Under the pieces are notes generated by a model, which did not search any database, was not told the origin of the DNA, and worked only from the letters and a program-made list of their open reading frames with translations. Below, one piece after another: positions 9,666 through 20,035 of a DNA stretch of 64,000 bases. This stretch comes from Candidatus Omnitrophota bacterium (GTDB taxonomy: Bacteria; Omnitrophota; Gorgyraeia; JABMRN01): contig JAQVOV010000001.1 of the NCBI GenBank assembly GCA_028702395.1, positions 3,990-67,989 on the forward strand. The letters are read 5' to 3'. Every line of letters begins with the position of its first letter. Position 1 is the stretch's first letter. The position numbers and the translations under genes were made by a program.

Positions 9666-9845
9666 GTATTGAGTAGTATGTCTGTGCGTCATGAGTATTG
9701 CGTCATGGGTAATGTGTCTGAGTGTCTTGTGTCCGCCTGCAGGCGAGACAGGTTTGCTGTGGAATTCTAAAATGTAGTTTTCCTCAAAAGACGCAGTACT
9801 CATTACACACTACTCATGACACACAGACACATTACCCATGACCCA
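9663..9845. repeat. Inverted-repeat element of GTCATGA/GTGTCT-type heptads in the ccdA 5' region
   Basis: Left arm gtcatgagtattgcgtcatgggtaatgtgtctg. Right arm cagacacattacccatgacccatgacac, ending 10 nt before GGAGG-ATG. Confidence 0.75.
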
Positions 9846-9865
9846 TGACACGTTTGGAGGTTAAC

Positions 9866-10552
9866 ATGACAGAGAATGTTTCTGTTTTCATGGCTTTTGG
9901 AGCAGGGCTTGTTTCTTTTTTTAGCCCGTGTGTTTTTCCTTTGATACCGGCCTTTTTATCGTATTTAACAGGCATCTCTTTTTCTAGCATTGAGAACATT
10001 TCTTTGGAAGAGAAAAAGGAAATAAGACGAAAAACAATAAACCATACCTTATGGTTTATTGGGGGATTTACAGTTGTTTTTGTTTTGCTTGGTCTAACTT
10101 CCAGTTTTGTAGGAAAATTCTTTTTACAATATCAAAAGGTATTCCTTAAGATGGGCGCGGTCTTAATAATTTTCTTAGGCCTGTTCGTTATGGGATTATT
10201 AAAAATACCTGCAATGGCTAAACATGCACAAATTGATTATCGCAAGAAAAGAATAAGCTATATTGGTTCCTGCTTAGTTGGAATGAGCTTTGCCTTTGCA
10301 TGGACCCCATGCGTAGGGCCTATTCTGGCTTCAGTTTTAATATATGCAAGTTCTGCTGCCAGCATGCAAAAAGGAGCTTTTCTTTTGGCTGTATTTTCAT
10401 TGGGAATGGGAATTCCTTTTTTAATAGCAGCAATTTTCATAAACTCTTTTTTGTTGATTTTTTCAAAAATAAAGAGGATAATAAAATATGTAAATATATT
10501 ATGCGGGATAGGGTTGGTTGTTTTTGGTATTTTAATATTAATAGGGAGGTAA
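9866..10552 (+). CDS. ccdA: Cytochrome c biogenesis/thiol-disulfide transporter CcdA (DsbD transmembrane domain family)
   Basis: SPCVFPLIP and WTPCVGPIL Cys motifs in TM1/TM4. GGAGG SD 5 nt upstream of the ATG at 9866. Confidence 0.75.
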   Translation: MTENVSVFMAFGAGLVSFFSPCVFPLIPAFLSYLTGISFSSIENISLEEKKEIRRKTINHTLWFIGGFTVVFVLLGLTSSFVGKFFLQYQKVFLKMGAVLIIFLGLFVMGLLKIPAMAKHAQIDYRKKRISYIGSCLVGMSFAFAWTPCVGPILASVLIYASSAASMQKGAFLLAVFSLGMGIPFLIAAIFINSFLLIFSKIKRIIKYVNILCGIGLVVFGILILIGR

Positions 10553-10555
10553 ATA

Positions 10556-11034
10556 TGAAAAAAATATGGGGGTTTTGTTTATTGTTCTTTTTTATAGTGA
10601 GCATGTGTACTGCATTATATGCTCAGCCTCAGCAGGCTCATGATTTTGTGATAAAAGATATTTCCGGAAATGATATCAAATTATCAGATCATAAAGGGAA
10701 AGTGATATTTCTTAACTTTTTTGCTACTTGGTGTCCTCCATGCAGAATGGAAATGCCTGATTTTAATGATATTGCAAAAGCCTATCCGGATGATGTAGCT
10801 GTAATTGCCATAAACGTTGATAATGAACCGGAATTAAATATCAGAGAGTTCGTTAATGAACAAGGACTTGTTTTTCCTGTATGTGTAGACACACAGGGAT
10901 TATCCCAATTATATGGACCTATACGTGCTATTCCTGTTACTATTGTGATAGACAAGGATTTTTTAATAGCAGAAAGATATGTTGGTGCAAGGTCAAGAGA
11001 TGTATTCGAGGAAGACATAAAAAGGTTGCAATAA
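10556..11034 (+). CDS. TlpA/ResA-like periplasmic thiol:disulfide oxidoreductase
   Basis: Signal peptide, WCPPC active site, thioredoxin fold. The longer upstream ORF in the track overlaps ccdA in another frame and is rejected. Confidence 0.75.
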
Positions 11035-11035
11035 A

Positions 11036-11668
11036 ATGAAAAAAATCATTTGCTTGATCCTGTGTTTTGTTTTTTATTGTACGATATGTTTTTCCGATGG
11101 GCTTAAAAAAGCACCTGGGTTTTCATTAAGGAAAGTTTCTTTTGGAGATACTTCTTCAGTATCTCTTGATGAGTATAAGCAAAATATCGTTCTATTGGTT
11201 TTTTTTGCAAGATGGAACATTCCTTCAGTTAATCAAATACCTGTTATAGAAGGTGTTGCGGATAGTTATCAGGAAGTTATTGCCTTAGGGATAAACTCAT
11301 CTTTAGATGCAGACAATAATTTAACCAGATTTGAAAATCAGATGAGTGCAAATTTCCCTTTCCTTGCTTCAGACGGAGTTGTTACTCAAAAGTATGGTGT
11401 TGGTCAAAATTTGCCTGTAGTTGTTCTTATAACAGCAGATAGCCAGGAAATATACAAGAAATATACAGGGCCGGTTTCTTATCAAAAGCTTAAACAAGAT
11501 ATAGATAAACTTTTAGCAGAAGAAAAAGCGAAAAGGGAGGAAGAAAAATTAAAAGAAAAGCTAAAAGAAACACAAGAAGATTCAAAAGAAACCAGTAATG
11601 AAACCAAGACAGAGCATGAAATTATCTATAATACCGTGCAAGACACAGAGGAAACGCAAAGCCCTTAA
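11036..11668 (+). CDS. Thioredoxin-fold lipoprotein-like protein lacking CxxC, with acidic/Lys-rich C-terminal tail
   Basis: TlpA-like fold positions but ARWNIPS replaces CxxC. Signal peptide with Cys. Confidence 0.4.
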   Translation: MKKIICLILCFVFYCTICFSDGLKKAPGFSLRKVSFGDTSSVSLDEYKQNIVLLVFFARWNIPSVNQIPVIEGVADSYQEVIALGINSSLDADNNLTRFENQMSANFPFLASDGVVTQKYGVGQNLPVVVLITADSQEIYKKYTGPVSYQKLKQDIDKLLAEEKAKREEEKLKEKLKETQEDSKETSNETKTEHEIIYNTVQDTEETQSP

Positions 11669-11681
11669 AAGATAGGAAATA

Positions 11682-12287
11682 ATGGTAATAACTAAACAAA
11701 AACAGATCGAAAAAATAAAGCAGTTTCTTAAGCCTAAAGAGAGAATTTTTATTATTGGATGCGGGGAATGTGCAACTGTTTGTGCTACTGGCGGAGAACC
11801 TGAAATTTTAAAAATGAAAAAGCTCTTAGAGCAAGAGGAGTTCAGCATAACAGGATTTGCAATTCCTGATGCTCCTTGTAATGCAGTACAAATAAGAAAG
11901 GTTTTAAGGGAAAACAAGCAAATATTGGCTGGTTCGGATTCTATACTTGTTCTTGCATGCGGATTAGGTGCACAATCTATAAAAGATAATATGGTACAGG
12001 ATCTTGCTATACATATCGGGTGTGATACTCTTGGGATGGGACAAACAGCCAAAAATAACGAGTTTCCTCAAACTTGTGTAGGATGTGGAGATTGCATTTT
12101 AGAACTCACAGATACTATATGTCCTGTGGCTAATTGTGCGAAAAGCTTGATGAATGGGCCTTGTGGAGGCCAAAATAAAGGTAAATGTGAAATAAACAAG
12201 GAAAAAGACTGTGCTTGGATCAAAATATATGAGTCTTTAAAAAAGAAAGATAGTGTATATTTATTAAAAGAAATACGATATTCTTAA
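11682..12287 (+). CDS. Cys-rich metal-binding protein (possibly MTHFR C-terminal-like/Fe-S domain), folate-neighbourhood
   Basis: Multiple CxxC/CGxC motifs. Lies upstream of a 5-formyl-THF cyclo-ligase gene. Confidence 0.3.
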   Translation: MVITKQKQIEKIKQFLKPKERIFIIGCGECATVCATGGEPEILKMKKLLEQEEFSITGFAIPDAPCNAVQIRKVLRENKQILAGSDSILVLACGLGAQSIKDNMVQDLAIHIGCDTLGMGQTAKNNEFPQTCVGCGDCILELTDTICPVANCAKSLMNGPCGGQNKGKCEINKEKDCAWIKIYESLKKKDSVYLLKEIRYS

Positions 12288-12425
12288 GGAAAAAGCAGAT
12301 CTGTTTAACTAGTTGTACTGGTTGCACTGGTTAAAGGAACCTTCCAAATATGGTTTAGAAAAAAGGGATGTTTTTAAAATAAAAGATAGCATAAATAGTC
12401 TTTTATAGTATAATAAATAGGAAAT

Positions 12426-12983
12426 ATGCAAATGCGTAAGCAAGAATTAAGAAAGGAGATTCTTGACAGGTTGAAAAAACAGCCTGAAGATTCTAAAATA
12501 ACTAAAGAAAATGCAATAAGAGACAAATTTTTATCTTCAGAAGAGTTTTTGAATAACCGTGTTATTATGTTCTATGTTTCAATGGCAGAAGAAGTTGATA
12601 CATGGACTATGATCAAAGAGGCTATAGACGCAGGTAAAACAGTAGCAGTTCCTTACAACCTGAAAGAAACTAATGATATGGTTCCTGTTAAGATAAGGGA
12701 CCTGAAAAAAGATCTGGAAAAGGGTAGCTATGGGATATATCAACCAAAAAACAAGGATGACAACAAAGTCCCTTTAAAAGATATTGAGCTTGTAATTGTT
12801 CCGGGAGTGGCTTTTGATACGAATAAGAATAGACTTGGCAGAGGAAAAGGATATTACGATAAATTCTTAAAAAAATTGCCTAAAAAAACAGTCACTATCG
12901 GATTATGTTTTGACTTTCAGATTGTAAAAAACCTGCCTGTAGATCATTTTGATCTGCCTGTTGATAAAATCATAACAAATTAA
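12426..12983 (+). CDS. 5-formyltetrahydrofolate cyclo-ligase
   Basis: Typical length. C-terminal GVAFD...RLGRGKGYYD motif. Confidence 0.8.
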   Translation: MQMRKQELRKEILDRLKKQPEDSKITKENAIRDKFLSSEEFLNNRVIMFYVSMAEEVDTWTMIKEAIDAGKTVAVPYNLKETNDMVPVKIRDLKKDLEKGSYGIYQPKNKDDNKVPLKDIELVIVPGVAFDTNKNRLGRGKGYYDKFLKKLPKKTVTIGLCFDFQIVKNLPVDHFDLPVDKIITN

Positions 12984-13028
12984 TACGGTTTTCATTTGTC
13001 TTTTAGTATGCTTAACGGAGGGATAATC

Positions 13029-14597
13029 ATGGAAACGATCAGTATCGCACATATCGGATTGGCCATAATAGGCGCATCGTTCTTTTTTGCTATAGGTTAT
13101 GTTTTAAGGAAATATACAGCAAAAGTGAAAATAAAAAAAGCAGAAGAAAGATCCAAACATATTGTTGAGGAAGCTCGTAAAGAAGCAGAAGCACGTAAAA
13201 GGGAATCTCAATTGGAAGCAAAAGATCTGCTTCTAAAGATGAGAACAGAATTTGAGAATGAGTCAAAAGGAAGAAAGCAAGAAGTTGCTATGATGGAAAA
13301 AAGACTTATTCAAAAGGAAGAGAATATTGATAGAAAAGTTGATCTTATAGATAAAAAGGAAAGGGATCTTGAGAACAGGAAAAAAGGTTTAGCAGAAAAG
13401 GAAAAGACTCTGACTGATAAAGAAAAAGAAATGGAAAGACTTCTTTTTGAGGAGAAGGAGAAACTGCAGAAAATTTCAGGGATGTCCAGAGATGAAGCCA
13501 GGCGAATTCTTTTACAAAGAATGGAAGAGGAAGTTAATAGGGAAGCAGCTGCTATGATACGCAAGACACAGGAAGAAGCAAAAGAAAAAGCAGATAAAGA
13601 AGCAAGAAAAATAATAGGGCTGGCAATTCAAAAATGTGCAGCTGATCACACGACTGAAACGACAGTAAGTGTTGTGAACCTTCCATCAGATGATATGAAA
13701 GGGCGTATTATCGGCAGAGAAGGAAGAAATATCAGGGCACTTGAAATGGCAACAGGAATAGATGTTATTATTGATGATACGCCTGAAGCAGTTATTCTTT
13801 CAGGATTTGATATGATGAGAAGAGAAGTTGCAAGAATTACACTGGAAAGACTTATTGAAGATGGAAGGATCCATCCCGGCAGGATCGAAGAGATCGCAGA
13901 AAAAGTAAAAGCTGAACTGGAACAAAGTATTAAAGATGAAGGGGAAAAAACCCTTTTTGATCTTGGGATACATGGCGTTCATCCTGAGCTTGTTAGGTTA
14001 GTGGGAAGATTGAAGTATAGAACAAGTTATGGGCAAAATATATTACAGCATTCAAAAGAAACTGCATGGCTAATGGGCACAATGGCAGGGGAATTAAGAT
14101 TAGATCCTGTTCTTGCAAAGAGAATGGGTATTTTGCATGATATAGGTAAAGCTGTAACGCATGAAATAGAAGGTCCTCATGCTAAACTTGGGGCAGACCT
14201 TGCAAAGAAATATAAAGAAAGTGAATCTGTTATACATGCTATAGAGGCACATCATAATGATATTGAACCGAAAACTCTTTTGGCAGTACTTGTACAAGCA
14301 GCAGATGCTATTAGCGCTACAAGGCCTGGAGCAAGAAGAGAGTCTTTAGAAACATATGTTAAAAGATTGGAAAAACTTGAAGGTATAGCTGATTCTTTTG
14401 CAGGAGTGGATAAATCATATGCTATACAGGCAGGAAGAGAAATACGTATAATTGTTTTTCCTGAGCAGATAGATGATGCGCATGCAACAGTGCTTGCCAG
14501 AGATATAAAGAAGAGCATAGAAGAAGGAATGGATTATCCTGGACAAATAAAAGTAACTGTTATTAGAGAAACTCGAGCGATCGAGTATGCAAAATAA
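13029..14597 (+). CDS. rny: Ribonuclease Y
   Basis: N-terminal TM, long coiled coil, KH domain (GRIIGREGRNIRALE), HD domain (HSKETA...HDIGK). GGAGGG SD before the ATG at 13029. Confidence 0.9.
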   Translation: METISIAHIGLAIIGASFFFAIGYVLRKYTAKVKIKKAEERSKHIVEEARKEAEARKRESQLEAKDLLLKMRTEFENESKGRKQEVAMMEKRLIQKEENIDRKVDLIDKKERDLENRKKGLAEKEKTLTDKEKEMERLLFEEKEKLQKISGMSRDEARRILLQRMEEEVNREAAAMIRKTQEEAKEKADKEARKIIGLAIQKCAADHTTETTVSVVNLPSDDMKGRIIGREGRNIRALEMATGIDVIIDDTPEAVILSGFDMMRREVARITLERLIEDGRIHPGRIEEIAEKVKAELEQSIKDEGEKTLFDLGIHGVHPELVRLVGRLKYRTSYGQNILQHSKETAWLMGTMAGELRLDPVLAKRMGILHDIGKAVTHEIEGPHAKLGADLAKKYKESESVIHAIEAHHNDIEPKTLLAVLVQAADAISATRPGARRESLETYVKRLEKLEGIADSFAGVDKSYAIQAGREIRIIVFPEQIDDAHATVLARDIKKSIEEGMDYPGQIKVTVIRETRAIEYAK

Positions 14598-14621
14598 CAG
14601 ATAAAAAGATAGTGTTTTGGT

Positions 14622-14657
14622 AAAAGCCCCTGATTAAGCTGGGGCTTTTATTTTTAT
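14622..14657 (+). terminator. Rho-independent terminator after rny
   Basis: aaaagcccc-tgattaagct-ggggctttt hairpin followed by a T-run. Confidence 0.7.
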
Positions 14658-14844
14658 TGCGAAAATAATGAAAAAATGATACATTGGATTGACTGTGATA
14701 GGGCTTTAAAGTAAAAAGTAAAAAGGTAAAAGGAAAAAGTGTGGAAGGTCCTAGACAGAGGTTTTTAATAAGATTCCACAATGACAACAGATTTTTTCCT
14801 TTTTACTTTTGCCTTTTTCCTTGAACACGGATAATGGGAGAATT

Positions 14845-15624
14845 ATGAAGATCTTAATGATAGGCGACATTGTCGGCAAACCAGGCAGAGATGCGATAAA
14901 GCATATGCTTTCAGGGTTAATTGAAAAAAGCAACATTGATTTTGTTGTTGCCAATGGCGAAAATGCTGCAGGTGGAAGCGGATTAACCCCTGTTATTTGC
15001 GATGAGCTTTTTTCATATGGAATAGATGTTTTAACTTCAGGGGATCATATTTGGAAAAAAAGAGATATATATGATTATATGGATATGTCTTCAAGTGTTT
15101 TAAGACCTTTGAATTATCCGGACAATAATCCAGGCAAAGGTTATACGGTAAAGCAAACTAAAAAAGGTGTTTCCGTAGGAGTAATCAATATTATCGGAAG
15201 GGTTTTTATGAACCCTGCAGATAATCCTTTTGAAAAAATATTAGAAGTCATTAAAGAATTAAGCGGATCAGTTAAAGTCATTGTTGTAGATTTTCATGCT
15301 GAAGCTACAAGCGAAAAAATTGCAATGGGATATTTTTTAGATGGTAAGGTTTCAGCAATAATTGGTACGCATACACATGTTCAAACCGCAGATGAAACTA
15401 TCCTGGAACAGCAAACCGCATATATTACAGATATTGGAATGACCGGGCCTTTCAGCGGAGTTATCGGACGCAATAAAAACGCTATTTTGGAGAGATTTAT
15501 CACTCAAATGCCTACGAGATTTGAAATGGCTGAAAATGATGTTCGTATAAACGGTGTTCTTATTGATGTAGATGAAAAAACAGGTAAAGCAAGAACAATA
15601 GAGAGAATAAATAAAAAATTATAG
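14845..15624 (+). CDS. ymdB: YmdB-like metallophosphoesterase (2',3'-cyclic nucleotide phosphodiesterase family)
   Basis: MKILMIGDIVGKPGR...GENAAGG...GDH motifs. Conserved rny-ymdB neighbourhood. Confidence 0.8.
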   Translation: MKILMIGDIVGKPGRDAIKHMLSGLIEKSNIDFVVANGENAAGGSGLTPVICDELFSYGIDVLTSGDHIWKKRDIYDYMDMSSSVLRPLNYPDNNPGKGYTVKQTKKGVSVGVINIIGRVFMNPADNPFEKILEVIKELSGSVKVIVVDFHAEATSEKIAMGYFLDGKVSAIIGTHTHVQTADETILEQQTAYITDIGMTGPFSGVIGRNKNAILERFITQMPTRFEMAENDVRINGVLIDVDEKTGKARTIERINKKL

Positions 15625-15660
15625 TTCTTGTGTAAGGATATAAGGAAAGCATCATAAAAC

Positions 15661-16794
15661 ATGTCCGAACAAAAACATATATATACAGTATCAGAACTTA
15701 CAAAAGATATACGAAAGATAATAGAAAATAACTTCCCGTATTTATGGCTTGAGGGAGAGATCTCTAATTTCAAAAGACACTCTTCAGGGCATCTTTATCT
15801 TAATTTAAAGGACAAAGATGCTATCATACAAGCTGTAATGTTCAAAGGGTCTGCAGATAAATTACAGTTTAAACCTGAGGACGGGCTTAAAATTACTTGT
15901 TCAGGAAAGATCAGCGTTTATGATCAAAGAGGACAGTATCAGATCTATATCAGTTCAATGGAGCCTCAGGGATTAGGGAGTTTACAGCTTGCGTTTGAAC
16001 AGCTGAAAGAAAAATTAAAAAAAGAAGGATTGTTTGACAGCTCAAGAAAAAGGCCTATCCCTTTTTTGCCTGCAAAAATAGGAGTGATAACATCGCCTAC
16101 AGGAGCAGCTATAAGGGATATTCTTAATGTCTTAAGACGACGGTTTTCAAACGCAGAAATAATTTTAAATCCTGTTAAAGTGCAGGGCAATGAAGCAAAG
16201 AATGAAATAGTACAGGCTATAGAACTTTTCAATAAAAGAGATAAAATAGATGTAATGATAGTCGCACGAGGCGGAGGAAGCTTGGAAGATCTTTGGGCTT
16301 TTAATGAAGAAATAGTTGCAAGAGCGATCGCAAATTCCAGGATACCTGTTATAAGCGCTGTTGGTCATGAAATAGATTGGACAATAGCAGATTTTGTTGC
16401 TGATTTCAGGGCGCCAACACCTTCTGCTGCAGCAGAACTTGTTCTGCCGGAAAAAGAAGAACTGCTTAACAGAATAAGTGTTGCTAAGCAAAGACTGAAA
16501 AATGCATTGCAATCAACGGTAATACAATATGAACAAAGATTAGATGAATTAAAAGAAGCGCTTCTTTTTAGACAGGAAAATTTTATCAGAAAAACAAAAC
16601 AATGTCTTGATAACCTTATTGGAAAACTTGAAGTCTTAAGTCCATTGTCAACGATCAAAAGAGGATATAGTATAACAAAGGCAGATAACACAGGTAAAGT
16701 TTTAAAGGATATAAAAAAAATAAAAAAAGGTGATATTATAAGAACGCGTCTTATCAATGGAGAAATAGTCAGTATTGTTGATAAGATCATATAG
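15661..16794 (+). CDS. xseA: Exodeoxyribonuclease VII large subunit
   Basis: N-terminal OB fold, catalytic core (GVITSPTGAAIRD...ARGGGS). Confidence 0.9.
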   Translation: MSEQKHIYTVSELTKDIRKIIENNFPYLWLEGEISNFKRHSSGHLYLNLKDKDAIIQAVMFKGSADKLQFKPEDGLKITCSGKISVYDQRGQYQIYISSMEPQGLGSLQLAFEQLKEKLKKEGLFDSSRKRPIPFLPAKIGVITSPTGAAIRDILNVLRRRFSNAEIILNPVKVQGNEAKNEIVQAIELFNKRDKIDVMIVARGGGSLEDLWAFNEEIVARAIANSRIPVISAVGHEIDWTIADFVADFRAPTPSAAAELVLPEKEELLNRISVAKQRLKNALQSTVIQYEQRLDELKEALLFRQENFIRKTKQCLDNLIGKLEVLSPLSTIKRGYSITKADNTGKVLKDIKKIKKGDIIRTRLINGEIVSIVDKII

Positions 16795-16987
16795 AGTTAC
16801 GCGCTGCGAGCTGCGAGCTGCGCGCAACGCGCGAGAGGAATGTCCTGAACGAGGTTTTGTAGGGGCGTATTGCCCGCCTGCCGGACGGGCAGGCAATACG
16901 CCCCTACCATTCATAAAATTGATCTGAGAACGATCATTAAGCTCGTGGCTCGCTGCGCGAAGCGCGAGGCTCAAATAAGGAGGCTTT
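16795..16987. repeat. Mosaic REP-like element (GC-rich arms GCGCTGCGAGCTGCGAGCTGCGCGC / nested palindrome GTAGGGGCGTATTGCCCGCCTGCCGGACGGGCAGGCAATACGCCCCTAC) inserted between xseA and xseB
   Basis: Terminal GC-rich arms are reverse complements. Central 49-bp nested palindrome at 16859..16907. Confidence 0.8.
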
Positions 16988-17284
16988 ATGGAAAAAGTGA
17001 ATTTTGAAAAAGCTCTGGAAAAACTTGAAAAGGTCGTTTCAGATCTTGAAAAAGGAGATGTTTCATTGGAAGATTCTCTGAGGTTTTATGAACAAGGTGT
17101 TAATCTTGCTGATTTTTGTCAAAAAGAAATTGAAAAAGCAAAAAAGAAAGTAGAGATACTTGTTAAACACGATGATGGAAGTGTTTCTCTGGAACCTTTT
17201 GATGAAAATGAGCATAAAGATGATGTTGTCACGTCCAGAAAAATAAAACCTAAGAAAAAGGAAGGGCCGTCTTTGTTTGAATAA
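16988..17284 (+). CDS. xseB: Exodeoxyribonuclease VII small subunit
   Basis: Helical ~80-aa core (LEKLEKVVSDLEKGDVSLEDSLRFYEQG) plus Lys-rich tail. Confidence 0.85.
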   Translation: MEKVNFEKALEKLEKVVSDLEKGDVSLEDSLRFYEQGVNLADFCQKEIEKAKKKVEILVKHDDGSVSLEPFDENEHKDDVVTSRKIKPKKKEGPSLFE

Positions 17285-17290
17285 AATACC

Positions 17291-18079
17291 ATGAATAAAT
17301 ATAAAAAGATCATAGACAAAAATATAGAAAAATATTTAAATGAATTTGAAGATAGAAAAAATCCTTTGTTCAAAGCTATGTATTATTCTCTTTTTCCAGG
17401 AGGCAAAAGAATAAGACCGGTTTTAGCTTTAGAAACGTGTAAGATGTGCGGGGAGAGTTTTTCTAAAGCAATGCCAGGGGCATGTGCAGTTGAAGTGATA
17501 CATAATTTCTCATTGGTACACGATGACCTGCCATGTATGGACAATGATGATTATAGAAGAGGGAAATTAACCGTACACAAGAAATTCGGGACTGCTAATG
17601 CTGTTTTAGCAGGAGATGCACTGTTAATATTTGCTTTTGCGTTATTAAAAAATATAAAAGACAAAATTGTTATGTCCAGAACATTAGGGCAAATGACGTT
17701 GTGCTCAGGCTCTTTCGGAATGATAGGCGGACAAGCTTATGATGTTAAATATGAAGGCAAAAAAAAGACAGAAGGATTAAGGAAAAAGATAAATTATTTG
17801 AAAACAGCAGAACTTTTCATTCTTTCTGTTCAAGTTGGAGCAATAGCAGCAAAGGCAGATCAAGAACAATTTAAACATATTTCAGAATATGGGAGAGCTT
17901 TTGGCGAAGCATTCCAAATAAGAGATGATATACAGGATAATGAATATGCTGACAAAGAAAAAACAAGACAGATGAAATGTCTTGATAAATATATAATGCG
18001 AGCAAAACAAACACTTGATATTTTCGGTAAAAAGGCGGATAATTTAAAAGCTTTGGTAGAAAAACTCAAAGAAGTATAA
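17291..18079 (+). CDS. ispA: Polyprenyl (farnesyl/geranylgeranyl) diphosphate synthase
   Basis: First DDxxD motif (VHDDLPCMDNDDYRRGK) and second (IRDDIQD). xseB-ispA-dxs synteny. Confidence 0.85.
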   Translation: MNKYKKIIDKNIEKYLNEFEDRKNPLFKAMYYSLFPGGKRIRPVLALETCKMCGESFSKAMPGACAVEVIHNFSLVHDDLPCMDNDDYRRGKLTVHKKFGTANAVLAGDALLIFAFALLKNIKDKIVMSRTLGQMTLCSGSFGMIGGQAYDVKYEGKKKTEGLRKKINYLKTAELFILSVQVGAIAAKADQEQFKHISEYGRAFGEAFQIRDDIQDNEYADKEKTRQMKCLDKYIMRAKQTLDIFGKKADNLKALVEKLKEV

Positions 18080-18094
18080 CAGGAGAAAATAAAA

Positions 18095-19969
18095 ATGGGA
18101 TATCTTGAAAATATAAAAATACCGGAAGATATAAAAGGATTTTCTGTTTCACAATTACAGGAGCTTTCACAGGAAATAAGAAAACGGATCGTAGAAGTCA
18201 CCTCGCGAACAGGTGGACATGTTGCTGCAAGCTTAGGAGCTACTGACATAGCAATAGCCCTGCATTATGTTTTAGATACTCCTAAAGATAAGATCTTATG
18301 GGATGTCGGACATCAGGCATATGCTCATAAGATACTTACAGGCCGTAATGATGCTTTTGAAACATTAAGACAGCTTGGAGGAATAAGCGGTTTTCCAAAT
18401 CACGAGGAAAGTGAATACGATACGTTTACAGTTGGTCATAGTTCTACTGCTATTTCACAAGCATTGGGACTGGCTTGTGCAAGAGATATTAAAAAAGAAG
18501 ATTATAAGATAGTAGCGGTTGTAGGAGATGCTTCTTTGTCAAACGGCATGAGTTTAGAAGCATTAAATGATGCAGGGCATAAAAGCAAAGATATAACGAT
18601 CATTTTAAATGATAACAAACATTCAATTTCAAGATCAGTTGGAGCTATTAGCCGATACCTTAATAGGGTGATGACAAATCCTGCCTATAATAAAGCCAAA
18701 GACGAGATACAGGCTTTTGTCAAACGTATACCGAAAGTAGGCGACAAAGCATTAAATGCTGCAAAAAAACTAGAAGAATCGATCAAGAACATGATGGTGC
18801 CAGGAGCTCTTTTTGAAGAACTTGAAGTAAGATATTTTGGCCCTATAGACGGTCATAATATGGAAACACTTGTAAATACTTTAAAAAATGTTTGTAGTTT
18901 TAAAGGACCTAAAATAATACATGTCATTACTCAAAAAGGAAAAGGATACGGGCATGCAGAAAATGATCCAAGTTTTTTTCATGGACTTTCAGCTTTTGAT
19001 ATTGAGACAGGAGAACCTGTAAAGGAAGATGAAAGGGCAATGGGTAATTTTTCAGATGTTTTTGGAAGGAAATTACTGGAAATGGCTAAGGGAAATGAAA
19101 ATATTGTTGCAGTAACTGCAGCTATGACAGATGGAACAGGGTTAACTAATTTTGCTAAGGAAATGCCTGAAAGGTTTTTTGATGTTGGTATAGCAGAAGG
19201 ACATGCTGTAACATTCTCTGCAGCAATGGCAAAAGGAGGGTGTATCCCTTTTGTTGCTATCTACTCTACCTTTCTTCAAAGAGGATATGATCAGCTTATA
19301 CATGATGTAGCTTTACAGAATTTGCCTGTTATTTTTTGTTTGGATAGAGCAGGAGTAGTTGGGCAAGATGGGCCAACACATCATGGGATCTTTGACATGG
19401 CTTATTTAAGACATATTCCAAATTTCACTATAATGAGCCCAAGGGACGGGTTTGAAATGGAAAAGATGATGGATTTTGCCGTTACGCTTAAAAAACCAGT
19501 TGCTATAAGATACCCGCGAGGAGAAGCCGTTGGTCATTTGCCTGCGTCTACTTTTAAAGAAATTGAATATGGAAAAGCAGAAATTTTAAGAGAGGGCAAA
19601 GACCTTGCCATATTTGCAATAGGATATATGGTCCAAAAGGCTATCAAGATCGCAGACCTTTTATCTGAAAAAGGAATAGAAGCATATATAATAAATGCCA
19701 GGTTTTGTAAACCATTAGATAGTTCTATGATAGAATATATGGCTGAAAAAACCTCAAAATTCCTTACTCTTGAAAATGGTGTTATTGAAGGAGGGTTTGG
19801 AAGTGCTGTTTTGGAATTCATTGAACGGGAAAATATCAAGAATATAAATGTTAAAAGAATTGGGTGGCCTGACATGTTCATAGAACATGGTAAAACAAGG
19901 GAATTGTTCACTAAATATCATATGACAGCAGAACAGATCACCGAGAACGTGTTGAGGGAGATGTTCTAG
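18095..19969 (+). CDS. dxs: 1-deoxy-D-xylulose-5-phosphate synthase
   Basis: TPP-binding GDAS...NDN motif. Length 624 aa. Transketolase-like domains. Confidence 0.95.
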   Translation: MGYLENIKIPEDIKGFSVSQLQELSQEIRKRIVEVTSRTGGHVAASLGATDIAIALHYVLDTPKDKILWDVGHQAYAHKILTGRNDAFETLRQLGGISGFPNHEESEYDTFTVGHSSTAISQALGLACARDIKKEDYKIVAVVGDASLSNGMSLEALNDAGHKSKDITIILNDNKHSISRSVGAISRYLNRVMTNPAYNKAKDEIQAFVKRIPKVGDKALNAAKKLEESIKNMMVPGALFEELEVRYFGPIDGHNMETLVNTLKNVCSFKGPKIIHVITQKGKGYGHAENDPSFFHGLSAFDIETGEPVKEDERAMGNFSDVFGRKLLEMAKGNENIVAVTAAMTDGTGLTNFAKEMPERFFDVGIAEGHAVTFSAAMAKGGCIPFVAIYSTFLQRGYDQLIHDVALQNLPVIFCLDRAGVVGQDGPTHHGIFDMAYLRHIPNFTIMSPRDGFEMEKMMDFAVTLKKPVAIRYPRGEAVGHLPASTFKEIEYGKAEILREGKDLAIFAIGYMVQKAIKIADLLSEKGIEAYIINARFCKPLDSSMIEYMAEKTSKFLTLENGVIEGGFGSAVLEFIERENIKNINVKRIGWPDMFIEHGKTRELFTKYHMTAEQITENVLREMF

Positions 19970-20035
19970 CAGGGTTGAGAAGGCTTTAAGATAAAAAATA
20001 AAAGAATAAAGATAAAAGGGTGGAAGGTTCTTGAC

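Noticed and set aside
10300-10555. Long N-terminal extension of the TlpA-like ORF (track ORF 10300..11034)
   Set aside because: The extension overlaps ccdA in another frame and has no thioredoxin features. A signal-peptide-bearing start at 10556 immediately after the ccdA stop is far more plausible.
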